In this document: piece after piece, positions 24,900 through 38,320 of the stretch | Layout: every line of letters starts with the position of its first letter | Numbering within the stretch: position 1 is the stretch's first letter | Assembly: GCF_009914755.1 (NCBI RefSeq) | Contig: NC_060926.1 | DNA length: 64,000 nucleotides | Direction: 5' to 3' (one strand) | From: the human T2T-CHM13v2.0 reference genome, Homo sapiens | Notes under the pieces: generated by a model | What the model was told of the DNA's origin: nothing | Database searches by the model: none | Seen by the model: the letters and a program-made list of their open reading frames with translations, nothing else | Program-made: the position numbers and the translations under genes

Positions 24900-25460
24900 T
24901 AGTTACCAAATCCACTGGCCTTTTTTGTTGGGTGATTGCCTTTTAACCTTGCAGCAGTTGATGCAGTTTATCACCAACAGATGGATCTTCTAAAATCAGA
25001 TCATGTTACTCACCTTCCTAGAAACCTTCATGGGCTCCCTATTACTCCCAGTTCCTTTAGTGTAGTGTTCAAGGCCCTTTACAGTCCAGCTTTAGCTGTC
25101 CTCCCTGCTCTCCTCCAAACCCCACTACTCCCCTTTGTGGAATCTCCTCTTGAGCCAGAGCCATTCATGTCTTTTCCTTTCTACGTCTCATACCCTGTAC
25201 CTTATCTCCACTGTTAAAATCCTGCCAGTCTTCTATGGTCTGTCTGAAAGGCTTGGTCAGCCCCAGCATAATCCACAAGGGACTTGCACTGGCCCTGAGT
25301 TATCAGACCACTCGTGGTCGTCAACACACCTCTTCTCGCTATGGTTGATTAGGTTTTGGTGTCACCCTCTTGAATGAGATAGAAGCTTCTGTAGGTTAGA
25401 AACTTTATCCTGCACATCTCTGTGGCTGTCTCCAGTGCTTTTCTCTTCAGAGCTCAACAA
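24900..25460 (+). mobile_element. L2 fragments
   Basis: atcttctaaaatcagatcatgttactc..aaaccttcatgggctccctatt..ttcaaggcccttt and a degenerate L2 3' end. Confidence 0.55.
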
Positions 25461-26604
25461 CTATAAAACAAAAGAGATTTTAAGTGATTTTTCATTACAT
25501 TTTACCTGTGTTATGGCTGAGAGTTCAATGAAATCAAAATGTACTTGATAGGATACTTGTGGAGTTTATTCAAAATTTCATGCAGTATAATGAGAATTTT
25601 TTTCATTTTTTAAAAAAAGCAAAAATATTTTTATGGTGCTCTTCAACTCTTAAGTATTTGTTCAGCTTCGATTTGTTCATGTTGTCTGTATGTCTATTGG
25701 AAGGAACTTGCCACCAGAAGAAGAGTGTATTGTGGTACCTGGCAACAAGCCCTCTGGTGGTCATAGCCCATGAGTGAGCTGAGATGTGTCCTTCTTAAGT
25801 TAGGATATAATGTGGTGGCCATATTACCTTAGGCATTGCAGTCACAAGGTGAAGCAGTCTTTCCATGTTAGTAAATTACAAACTCAGCAACAAATGTTAA
25901 AACTTAGACAAGTGGCTTACAGCTTTGAATAATTTCTGGTTACCCTCATTTAAAAATGGGTAAGCAATTAGTGGGAGCACCTGGTATAGTGCTAATGTCA
26001 GTTGTCCAGAAGTGAGCCCTCCGTCTGTGGACTCTTTGACCCCTACTTTTGGGCCAGACTGGTTTTTCAGGATCACATACCGTTGCCCATGAGTGATGTT
26101 GCTATAATGCTTGTGTGTTTTGAGTCTTTGTTGATCCTGTTACCATTTTACTCCATTCAAGGTGAACCAAAGTAATTTTATAAAGAACATTTCTGACTGT
26201 ATCTCAAAATGTACCAGTGCTGTGGTTGAGTATACAGAGGTTAGGTTAAGATTCCAGGGCAGAAGACTCACACATTATTTCTTTTATGTAGTCAGTTTTT
26301 TTTTTCTGCAACAGAGTTGAAATTCTGTGAATTAAAGCTGTGTTTGAGAGCTCTTACTGCAAGTAGATTCTGAATTCTCCTGTAGAGGTTGCTTGTGCAA
26401 CTGGATGTGAAAGTGCTTTCTGAAGGGTGTGTGTGCGTGTGTGTGTTGATGTGATGTTGCTGAGGCTGTTGTGTTATTTCTTTCATTTTACTTTTGGAAT
26501 AGTTGAGCCCTTAAATTGATCCAGTACGTCTCCACAAATAAGTTGCAGAAAAGGGTTTTATGCTTTCCCATCTAGCATTCTTTTTATTTATTGCTGTAGA
26601 AGAG

Positions 26605-26715
26605 ATATTCATTTACTGAGCAAATATTTATTGAGAGCTTACCATGTGCCAGGCAGTCTTTCAGGCACTGGGATACAGCAGTGAACAAAACAGATAAAAT
26701 TCCTGTCTTCATGAG
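26605..26715 (-). mobile_element. L2 3' end
   Basis: attcattt..caaatatttattgagagcttaccatgtgccaggc..gcactgggatacagcagtgaacaaaacaga. Confidence 0.75.
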
Positions 26716-27398
26716 AGAGGCTAAACTCCAGCTTAAGTATTTAGAAGTCAAGATTGTACACACCATTGGTTAGAAGGGAAAAAGGGAAGAGCAGAGGAAG
26801 GGAAGCTTTCATGAAAAAAAAAAATTGAATCTTAAGGGATATTCTTATAAAACCCCCTTTGAGCCATATCTAAGGCAGTTTAAGTCAGTAGATGACAGAT
26901 TGTGGTCTGCAAGGCTTTGCATCTGTCCAGGCCTCAGATCTACGCAAGTAGCTTGTACAGAAGGGGATTAGAGCTTTGTTTGCTCTCCAGTTTAGATGCC
27001 TTAAATAAACATCTCGTGTGTAATGACACCATCTTGAAAATAGCTAAAATTACCCTTTTCCTTTTATGCATGACTGTCATGGGTCAAAATAAGCAGAAGG
27101 CAGGCACTGTGTTTGTTGTCAGTCTTGGGGGATATTTGTTTGATTCTGGACAACAAGGATTAGAAAACTTCTTGACTTAGGCGAGTTTCATATCAGCAGT
27201 GCAATGTCCATGTGGTGGTCAAGCTCTGCTGTTGACTTGAAGCTTCCTGAGGCTGGGTCTGCAGTGGGAAACATCTCTGGGCGTCGCACCTAATTAGCTT
27301 CTGTAAATGCTCCACGAATTGAACTTGCTGCCTTTGACTTTCAAAGTTTTCTTCCCAGTATGTTGCTTTTTGTGGCTATTTTCAAAACAGCTTCTTTC

Positions 27399-27710
<312 letters not shown>

Positions 27711-28639
27711 CCCAGTTTCTTTCAGGATATGTACTCTTAGCAGAAAGAGACCTCAGCTAACTTTTCTTCCAGATCATGAAGCTTTTAAAACTCAAGTAGG
27801 AAGGTTGGTTTGATGCCAGCCTAATGTTTTTATCATGAAAATTGTTATGATATAAGAATACATTTATTAATTGAAAAGTGTTTCTGGTACATCTGGGCAG
27901 TTTCAGAATCCTAATTTCTAGACCCTCAATTAGAGTTTATATCCCTTCTCACCAAATGCACATCTCAGACTCGAAAGAGTTTATTGTAAAAATGCTGTTT
28001 GTGAAGCCAAGCCTATGTTCACACCGGCATACACGATAATTTCAGTGATACAATCTTAAAGGGAAAAGTTTGGTTCTCAGCAAAACAGCTGCTAACTGCC
28101 AAGATGTGGCTGACCTTTGACAGACTCTGAGAAGTTCTGCAACATCCTGGAAAAGATCCATTTCATCTGGAGAAGCAGCACTGAGGCCTTGGCTGCTGAA
28201 GGATTAGTATAATTACTTCATCCCTGACAGAGAGAGCCACAGTTGGAACCCACCTGGGAAGCCTTGTCTAGGGAGGTGGGAGGGGTGCTGGCCCCACCCT
28301 TTGTTGTTGAAATTGGAATCTTTGCCACAATCTGTTGCTGGGACTGGTGTGGCAGGGTAAGTAGGGCCAAAGGAGCCCTGTGGGGATTTGTCTGAACAGG
28401 GGCTGACAAAAGCTGGTCCCCATCCAGCCAGCCCAGGGAAGTTAGCAAAGCCAGGGATAATGAAAGTGTTCAGCAGAGCGAATATGAGGCCCTAGTCGTG
28501 AGACTGCGGAACTGAGGGTGGTGATGGGGCCACCACAGGGGTAGAAACTCACGTAGAGGGGAACAGGCCCAGGCGTACCAGCCCCAGGTTCCAGTTCCAG
28601 CCTGTCCCAGGGATCCCAGATCCCCAAGTGCAAGTGATT

Positions 28640-29880
28640 GTTCATTCATCTGATAAACATGATTAAGCATCCACAACATGTTGAGGTGCTGGGAATACAA
28701 AGATGAATTTTCCCTTAAGGATTCACAGGCTGGCGTGGGAGACAGACTGATAAATAAATACCGAAGGGAGAAAGCGGCCATAAAAAAGGTGGGGCATGTC
28801 CTGGTTTGCCCTGGGTAGCCCTGGTGATTCCTTTTGTAGCAGCATAATTATTAATAGTGCTCTTGGAATTAACAGAAGAGTCTGAGAATGAGCAGTAAGT
28901 GGTGTGGTCCCCTGGGAAATGGGGTACAGCCCTGCCTGAGGAGCTAGGAGATGGGATGGAGGACCCTTAGGTGATGAGTTTGCCGCATGGATAAAGAATA
29001 GGACTCTAGGCTCAGGAGAGAATTTTCTAGTCAGAGGGAACAGTGTTGACTCAGTCATTCATCATACGTTATTTGGGTGCCCACCGTGAGCCATGTACTA
29101 GTGTACCTACTGGGGACACAATGGACAAAAATCTTGGCCTTTTTGTGCTTACATTCTAGCACAGAGAGAGACAAAACACAAGAGACGTTAATAAAACAAA
29201 TGGCATTTTAAATGGTGACAAGTGCTGTGGAGAAACAACGTGGGGAAGGGGCATCAGGGCTGTGGGGGAGTCACGAGTGGTTTACTGGTTTAAATAGGGT
29301 AACCAGGGAGTGCTTTATTGAGATGTTATATTTCAGTATCATCGTCTAAGGGTAAGAGGGAGAGACATGATGTGTTGAGAGAAGAATGTTCTAGGCAGAG
29401 GCAACAGCAGATGCAAAGGTCTGAAGGGGAGACAGACCGAGCTAGAACAGCATGGCACATCAGTGATCTAAGTTCGTGTGGTTTCCTAAGGTTGGAACCT
29501 AGGGTGCAAACTGAGGATGGGCAGATGAGGTAGAAGAGGAAGAGCAGACCCAGGTCACAAAGAACTTTTGTGCTAAGGATTTTTAAGCAGGTAGGAGGAG
29601 AGAGAATATGAGCCTTGGGATTTGAACTGCTGTGGGTGTACAGAAAAAGAGAAACTCAACGAGAGGTTTAGGTTTAGGGACGTGGTAGGCTTTTGCAGTA
29701 AGGGACAAGGACAGAAGGCTCATCTGAGGATGGGAGGGACACTTTAGAGGCAAATCCATAGGATGCAGTGGCTGAACAGAAAAGGTGAAGAGAGAGGGAG
29801 AAAGGGGGATCAGAGGGAGAAAGGGGGATCAGAGCCCAGTCACAATTCCTGGCTGGGATGGAGAGGTTCAGAGTCCCAGG
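28640..29880 (-). mobile_element. L2 fragments (several)
   Basis: ttcattcat..gaggtgctgggaatacaaagatgaa (28640-28760); cattcatcatacgttatttgggtgcccac..acattctag..ttctaggcagaggcaacagcagatgcaaaggtctga (29055-29430). Confidence 0.6.
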
Positions 29881-30073
29881 CAACCCCTGGAATTGCAATA
29901 GCCTGGAGATAGTCTTGGGAAGCAGTAGTGGGTACCTAGAAAAGCATGGCTCCAGGTAATTGACAGCAGATAATTGTATGTTTCTAACATCATTTCTGAT
30001 ACCAGGTGTGTGACATTTTTCCCCCAGCACCAACCAGTTATCTGACACTAACTGGGTGTCCAACAGTTCAGTT

Positions 30074-30708
30074 TGTTTACTGGAAAGGGGTCCCCCAAGA
30101 GAGAGTTCTTGGATCTTGTGCAAGAAATAATTCGAGGTGAATCCACAGAGTAAAGTGAAAGCAAGTTTATTAAGAAAGTAAAGGAATAAAGAATGGTCAT
30201 TTCATCCCATGAACAGAGCAGCCCTGAGGGCTGCTGGTTGCCCATTTTTATGGTTATTTCTTGATTATATGCTAAACAAGGTGTGGATTTTTCATGTGTT
30301 TTCCGGGAAAGGGATGGGCAATTCCTGGAACTGAGGGTTCCTTCTGTTTTTTTTTTTAGACCACGTAGAGTAACTTCCCAACATTGCCATGGCATTTGTA
30401 AACTGTCCTGGCGCTGCTGGTAGTGTCTTCTAGCATGCTAAAGCATTATAATTAGTGTATAATGAGCAGTGAGGGTGACCAGAGGGCAGCTTCCTCGCCA
30501 TCTTGGTTTTGGTGTGTTTTAGCCAGCTTCTTTACCGCAACCTGTTTTATCAGCAAGGTCTTTATAACCTGTATCTTGGGCTGACCTTCTCTCTCACCCT
30601 GTGACTAAGAATGCCTAACCTTCTAGGAATGCAGCCCAGTAGATCTCAGCCTTATTTTATCGCGCCCCTATTCAAGATGGAGTTGCTCTGGTTCGAACAC
30701 CTCCGACA
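30074..30708 (-). mobile_element. MER41B-type ERV1 solo LTR with two GAS motifs
   Basis: Collinear with the 16457 and 45870 copies and ends ttcaagatggagttgctctggttcgaacacctccgaca. Contains TTCCGGGAA (30301-30309) and TTCCTGGAA (30322-30330). Confidence 0.9.
30301..30330. promoter_or_regulatory. Tandem GAS (STAT1-type) motifs, 21 bp apart
   Basis: Two TTCN3GAA matches within the MER41B segment known to bind STAT1. Activity here is untested. Confidence 0.65.
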
Positions 30709-31739
30709 AACTCAGTTCTGACACTAACTACACAGTTAGCACAGACCACACAGGTCAAAGGCTTAGTCCTACAAGAGTGCCCCACTTCAGACACCAGCCA
30801 TGAATGGGGTACCCTGACTACTCACACTTCTGCTTAGTCAACCCCACACGTTTGGGGGTTTCCATGATCCTCAGGTTCAATAATTTGCTAGAACAACTCA
30901 CAGAACTCAGGATGATACGTTTTTTAACATTTACTGGTTTATTATAAAGGATACAACACAGGAACAGTCCAGTGGAAGAGCTGCAGAGGGCACGGTGGGG
31001 GTGTGTATGCAGAGCCTCTGTGCACTCTGGGAATACCACCTTCCCAGCATGTCAGTCTGTTCACCAACCTAGATCCCTCCATCTCCCCAAAAAAACAGAA
31101 TTGTGTTCAAATTTTTGTAACCCAATCTCCAGCTCCCCTCCCCTCCCTGGAGGTGGGGAGGTGGGGTTGAAAGATTCCCCCCCACTCTAATCACAGGCTT
31201 GGTCTTTCTGGTAAACATCCCTATCCTGATGCTACTGAGGGGCCCCACCTGAGTCCCCTCATTTGCATAACCTCAGGTATGGGCGAAAGGGACTTGTTAT
31301 GAATAATACAAGATACTCCTGTCACCCAGGAAATTCCAAAGGCTTTAGGAGCCCTGTGTCAGGAACCTGAGACAAAGACCAGATACATTTGTTTTTATAC
31401 CACAGATGTGGACATGTGTATTATACATTGTTCTTAAGAAGCCATAGAAAGCTTGTCCTGAAATACTCGAATCCTGGCTTCCTGAAGCCAGGTTATTGTT
31501 GGAGTTTCTGTATACAATTTTAGAAAGCTGAATTAGTAGGCCACCTTTTTCCAAGACATGTTTAAGGGTAGCAACAGTTCAACTCAATAAACATTTGAGT
31601 GTTGTGTGCCCAGGATCCCATTCAACCCCTCCAAGTCATTTCCCCTGTCTACTGCCTTATCTTTTTTCTTTCTTCTTCCATTCCCACCAACATAACATGC
31701 TGCAATGTTTCTCTTGATTTCACATCTCCTAGCTACCAT

Positions 31740-33105
31740 GCCATTTGTTTCCTTTATTACCAAACTGTTTGAAAAGTTGGGTATGCTTATTGTCTCTAGT
31801 TCATCTCTTTTTCTTTTGTAAATCACTCTAATTGGGCTTTCATCTCCCACTCCACTAAAACTTCTTTTCAAGATCATTTGTGACCTCCATGTTATCAAAT
31901 CCCATGGTCAGTTTTGAATCCTCTTCTTCCTTTATCAGCAACATTTGACAACATGACCAGCTCCTTCCTGGAACCCTTTTAAAATTTGGCTTTCTGGCCT
32001 CCACATTTTCCTGTCTTTCCCCCGCCTTGCTGGCTGCTCCATATCCAGCCTCCGCATTCCCGTGGCAAGTCCAGGGGCTCCACTCTGGGACCTTTGCTTT
32101 TTTCCTCTGTAGGCATTATTTAGATGAGCCTACGTGGGCTTCAAATACCCTCTGTGTGCTGATGATGCCTCCCGGATTTAGATCTTCAGCTGGATTTCTC
32201 GCCTGACCTGCAGGCGATCCAGCTATGTTGAGCTCTGCAGCATCTCTTTGGATAAGGGGCATCTCACACCTTAGCACGCTTCAAACCAGACTTAGGATTG
32301 CCCCACTCCCTCTTCTCTTTCTCACCTTGGTCAGTGGCAGCATCATCCTTTGGTTACTCGATGCAAAACTGTTTTTTTCCTTTTCTCCTATTGCACACTC
32401 AGTCCATCATCAGCCTGATCATCCTAACCACGTCCATAGCCACTTGTGCGTGTGCCAGGCCACTACCCTCCTTTGCTTGGATTATGTTGGTGGCCTCCTC
32501 ACTGTGTCCCTGCTTCAACTCTCCTGTTGCCTCCGCCTGCCTCCCCTCAACCGCCAACTTTCTTATCTTCATGAATGTTATGGCCACTGCCTAGAGTGAT
32601 CTTTTTTAAAGATCTCCATCAGATTGTTTTTCTTTGCTGCTCACAAAACCTGCAGCAACTCCCTTGTGGCCTGCATGGCTCCACTTGATCTGGGCTCTGG
32701 CCACCTCCCTGACTGCATTTGTTACTTCTCACCCTCTCTTCCCCAGCCACGCTGTCCTCCTTGCTGCTTCTTGAACATGCCACTGTCAGCATCACTCTTG
32801 TACCATAGAGGGGCTGACTTGTTCTCTTACTGCAATCAGGAATAGCAATCCCTGAAATAGCCAAGTCCTTCCCCAATCACCTGTTATTCTCTTAGGCTAC
32901 TTTATTTTTCTTCAGAGCATTTGTGCTTACCTGACATCTTGCCATGGGCTCATTTTTTGTTACTTTATTGTCTTTTGCATTAGAATGTCATCTCCATGAG
33001 CACTTGCGCTTTATTTTACCATCCCTGTATCCATAGTAATTAGAACAATGCCTGGCGCAGAGCAGCCACTCCATAAATATTGGTGGAGTGAGTGAATGAA
33101 TGAAT
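31740..33105 (+). mobile_element. Long L2 (L2a-like) remnant including its 3' end
   Basis: gggctttcatctcccactccactaaaac..tgacctccatgttatcaaatcccatggtcag..cagcaacatttgaca, running to acaatgcctggcgcagag..taaatattggtggagtgagtgaatgaatgaat. Confidence 0.8.
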
Positions 33106-33322
33106 AGATTGGTGGGGAGTGGGAGAGCTGCTGTTGGTTAGAAACTGTAGAAGACATGGTTTTGTCTTTAAGGATTGTCCATTCTAGTTGTGGGTTGGGG
33201 GTAGCTACATAAGCTGCATTTTAATGTAACAGTATACTTACAAGGAACAAGTTGGAAGTGCAGAAAAATTGGTGGGTTCAGAAATTCTGAAGATGCCACT
33301 TGTGTTGAGTCTTGAAGAAGAA

Positions 33323-33615
33323 TTTTTTTTTTTAAGACAGAATCTTACACTCTCACCAAGTCTGGAGTGCAGTGGCGCGATCTTGGCTTGCTGCAGCCTC
33401 CACCTCCTGGGTTCAAGTGATTCTTGTGCCTCAGCCACCTGAGTAGCTGGGATTACGGGCATGTGCCACCACGCCTGGCTAATTTTTGTATTTTTAGTAG
33501 AGATGGGGTTTCACCATGTTGACCAGGCTGGTCTCGAACTCCTGACATCAAATGATCTGCCTGCCTCGGCCTCCCGAAGTGCTGGGATTACAGGCATGAG
33601 CCACCACGCCCGACC
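33323..33615 (-). mobile_element. Alu (AluSx-like)
   Basis: Full dimer. TSD-like tgaagaagaatt / tgaagaaggaatt. Confidence 0.93.
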
Positions 33616-36305
33616 TGAAGAAGGAATTCTTGAAGTAGGTGGCTTTTGTAGTTTATAGAAGATAAGACAAAAGACCAGTTTTGGCTATGGCATAATGACC
33701 CTGAATGTCAGGAAAGGGAAACGGTATTAGAGTTGAGAATGTAGAGCTATTTTTCAATTTTAATAAAACATTCCAATACCAATCTGCTTGAATCATTGGG
33801 AAGACTGAAGGATTATGAAGGTTATTCCAAAGTAATAGGAGGAGAGTTTGGGATAAGGAAATTACTTAAAATTGCAAGCTATGTGTCTGGAAAAATTGCC
33901 ATCTTGCATTTCAGTCATGAACTGGAAAAAATTTTCAGACTTGTTAAATATGCCTAAGTGTATATGTGTGTAAATGCAATTTTTTAATGAATGAGTGGTG
34001 AATGATTTAATGTTGAAATGATATAAGTGTAAACAGATGTTAATTCATTTGTTTTACAACAGAATTTCTAGTTGCTATTGGTGATGAGTCACAATGTAAT
34101 TTAGGAAGGGGCAACATTTGATATGAAGAATACTGATTTTAACCTTTATTAACTCTTACGAAACCCTTTGAAGCCACCCCCTTAGTATATTAGTGTTCAT
34201 TGGATGCATAGGTGATCAGCTTGAGATCCAAAAAGAATATCCTTGTATCCTCCGTTACAGTAGGAACTTCCTAAGCCTTATAGATGACTTAGCCTGCTCT
34301 CACATAAATTTAACAAGAGAGGAATAAGTTAGAGTATATACATTTTCTACTAATCTTTTTCCATCAGTCCACATCAACAGCCAAAATTTAGGCTGTTTTA
34401 GCACCTGGAGGGAGAGATGATTTGGATGGTTTTGCACCACAGACCTCTACCTTGGGAAAACACATGCAGGCATAATCATAGGTTACCTGCGGAAGGTCTT
34501 AGGTTACTGGCTTAAGACCGGAGGGTTTCATTTTTACTTTTATCCTCTATATTTTCATGAAGGATGGGTCACTAAGGGCCCTTGGATGTTTCTTTAGGAA
34601 TTGCTAGTTTTTAAGCCGTTGCTTTGCCTTCGAAAGACATATTTTCACACTCATACACCCTACCTCACGTTTGGCCATGCAGTGTTGCTGCTGCTTCTAT
34701 CTATATTTATAATTGGTTTGGCCGTTATTAATAGCAGAAGCTTATGCATATTTTTCTCATGTGAATAGCATTATGGATTAAAAAAGGGACATTCAAAATG
34801 GCAGACTCTCATCTAAGGTCAGGGAAATGTATTAAAGAAAAGTGTTACTGAAGTATAAAGATGTTAAAGGCATAAATTATAAAATGAACACATGTAGCTA
34901 TTTAAGATTACATGATAGAGTGAGTCATGGCTATCTGGTTACTCATTACCTGGAATGTGGGTATAGGGAAGGAGGAAGTGTGGAAACATGTGCATGGGTG
35001 TTGGTCATTGTTCCTAAAACAAGTAGAAAATGATATATAACACTTTGAACATTTGCCTCCTTTCCGTAACTTAACATAACTTTTATTATAAGAATATTAT
35101 ATCTATGATTGATTGTTAATGTCATACTTTGTCTTACAGGCATAGCTTAGGTAGCATAGATGCATTTTAAATTTTGAAAATCTTTGTCCTTTTCTATATT
35201 TAGAGACTTTAACTTTCTTTGATGTTTACAAATATATTGCATTGATCTTTAATAGGACTCTTAAAATTAAAGCCAGCGCTAATTAAAAATTCTGGCTGTG
35301 AAAATAGAGAAATTGAGTTCGATAAATTTGTAGCTAGTGATCAGTTATACATTTTTTTTCACTTGGCCTCTTGTGGCCTACTGTTTCTGAAATCCCACTG
35401 TTTGCTTCATTTCTCCTCTTTCACAGACACTCTGGTCTATATTCTGTTTTACTCACTCCACATATTCAAATCCTGCTCATCTTTTGCGGTATATGGGAAA
35501 CCACCTCCATTCTGAAGCCTCTTCTCTAAAGGCCACTTGGTGGTCCAAACACATATGGTCCATATTGTGCATTCTGTCACAACCATGACCTTTTATTTAT
35601 ATATGATTTTTATTAATCATATGACTTTTATTTATCTTATGTATCTCATTGATTGTTTCCTATTTAAGTATTAGACTTCTACAATAGTAAGCATCTTTGG
35701 AAGAGGGACTATACATGGATACTTTGTTGCTTCAAGATCAGTGGTCTTAAAATCTGCCTGTGTTTGGTTATTTATAGTTAACTTGTCAGGTAACACCATC
35801 CAATGTATTGTGTGTGTTATAAAACATACACAAGACTGGGAATTTTTAAAAAGTGATGAATACAGAAATATAAATAGAAGTTCTGATGTTTATATTTGTA
35901 CTCCAGTGGCTCATCTTGGGCATGCCCTGGGATGCCCACACCTCACTTTGGAGACCTGGCATTAGGTTCATAGTAAGTATTCAGGAAATATTTATTTTTA
36001 GCCTTCAGCTATTCTGTGCTGCTTACTGACAAAATTCCCACCTATTGGAAATGAAACTTGAGTTTATAGTCTGAGTGTGTTTGAGACCTTGTAAGGGGGT
36101 ATAAGGAACGATTAGTCAGAATAAGGTAGGTTATTTTTGAGTGGCAGGCCTTCCTAGCTCAAGGCATAACACAACAAAGGTTTGTTTCTCATGAAACACA
36201 ATTTGATGGGGGTCTGTTGGGTTTTCTCAGAGGCTCTCCTAAAAATGGTTACTCAGATATCCAAGCTGCTTCTATATTGTAGTTATAATATCTGGCACAC
36301 ATGGC

Positions 36306-36922
<617 letters not shown>

Positions 36923-38250
36923 CACATGGCTTTTAAGATTGCTGTGGAAGGTGAAGAGAGAGCATGATAAGATCTTCATTGGCCAGTGCATAGTCACATG
37001 GGCCCAGCCTAACTGCGAAGGAAGCTGGGAAATACAGTCTCCTCTTGTGCCCGGGAAGGGAGAATGGAATGGGATTTAGTTAATTTATCACATGGTCTCT
37101 TGTCTGCTAGGATTATTTCAGTAAGGTTGTTGGCTGTTTGGTAATTTAACTTGTGGATACCATGTAAAGCAAGCTTCTGTGTGAATTTAAACATGAGTTC
37201 AGTAGTATAATTTAGAATGAAAGACCTCTTAACATATTTTCAATTTTTTAAAAAATAATAATTGTAATCATGGTGAATTTCCACATTTCCAGTTTAATTT
37301 TATTTGAATGCATTTCTACAGAAGTAAAACTGTTCATCCATTTTTCATGTTTCTGTTGTTACTTTTTTTCTTTCACACTATTGTTCAACAGACTTCAGTA
37401 GCTTTTTGGTTTATTATCAATAAAGACTTTTCTAATAGTGTTATAGTTGGTTGCTATTGCTTACAGAAATAGTTGATATGTGATTATTGGTGATTATTTG
37501 AAGATGTTTTAGTGCATTGGTAATTTATTGGAGTAGATCCATCTTTGTTCCAATTCTCATATTACTGATTTTCTTGGAACCAATATGTCTGTTGGAATTA
37601 TTAGAAAATTAGATGTTGGTCTCTTCTATATTCATTCACATATTCATCCATTGGGAATTTCAGTAAAATGGTTCTAACCAGCTTTGAAACTTAAGCCAAT
37701 GCAATGTTAATGTTTTTGGATTCAACTCTTCCCAGATGGGTGATGAATACATAAAAGTCAGTTTCCCCTATATTCAAGAACTTAAAGTTGTGTTTAAGGA
37801 CAACTTTAATTAAGTTCGTTTTCCACATATGACTATAGTCAAAGATAGAAGGTGAAGAAATATGAAAATTTTAGAAAAGATTACAGAAGAATATTTTTGT
37901 TAAGAAAGGAGAAGAATATTGGGTTTTCGCAGGTGAGATGGGGAAGTTTCAGGTTATTGCGTAATGCATTAAGAGTTCCTATTTCCATAATATGAGTCAG
38001 GGCAATAGGCTTTCAAAGCTTCTCTTGACTCAGTGGTGCTATATTTTTAAATTGTAGATTTTTTATTCTGCTGAACCTGTGTGTGTCTGTTTGCATACTG
38101 AAGATTTTTCTAGATTTGGTAAGAGTTGCAAATGTTACAGGTGTAAGTGAATGAACAAAAATTATCTGGGCAAATTTTTAGCTCTTCTTATAAGGGTGGT
38201 TTGTATATTGTGAGGCAGATTCATCCACACCCCCACCCCTTATCCTCCCA

Positions 38251-38320
38251 CCGTCCGTCCGTCCATCCATCCATCCATCCATCCATCCATCCACCCATCC
38301 ATCTTCCCATCCATCTTCCC
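38251..38320 (+). repeat. (CCGT)n(CCAT)n tetranucleotide microsatellite
   Basis: ccgtccgtccgtccatccatccatccatccatccatccatccacccatccatcttccc. Confidence 0.9.

Larger units (their letters stand above)
29975..31404 (-). mobile_element. MER21-family LTR interrupted by a MER41B LTR
   Basis: The halves join as gggtgtccaacagttcagtt|aactcagttctgacactaactac...cttagtcctacaagagtgccccacttcagacaccagcc. The terminus gacaaagaccagatacatttgtttttataccaca is the reverse complement of TGTGGTATA... Confidence 0.78.

Noticed and set aside
29674-30395. Minus-strand ORFs of 149 and 115 aa that could suggest retroviral genes
   Set aside because: They run through LTR and L2 sequence. The elements are solo LTRs with no gag/pol/env or primer-binding site.
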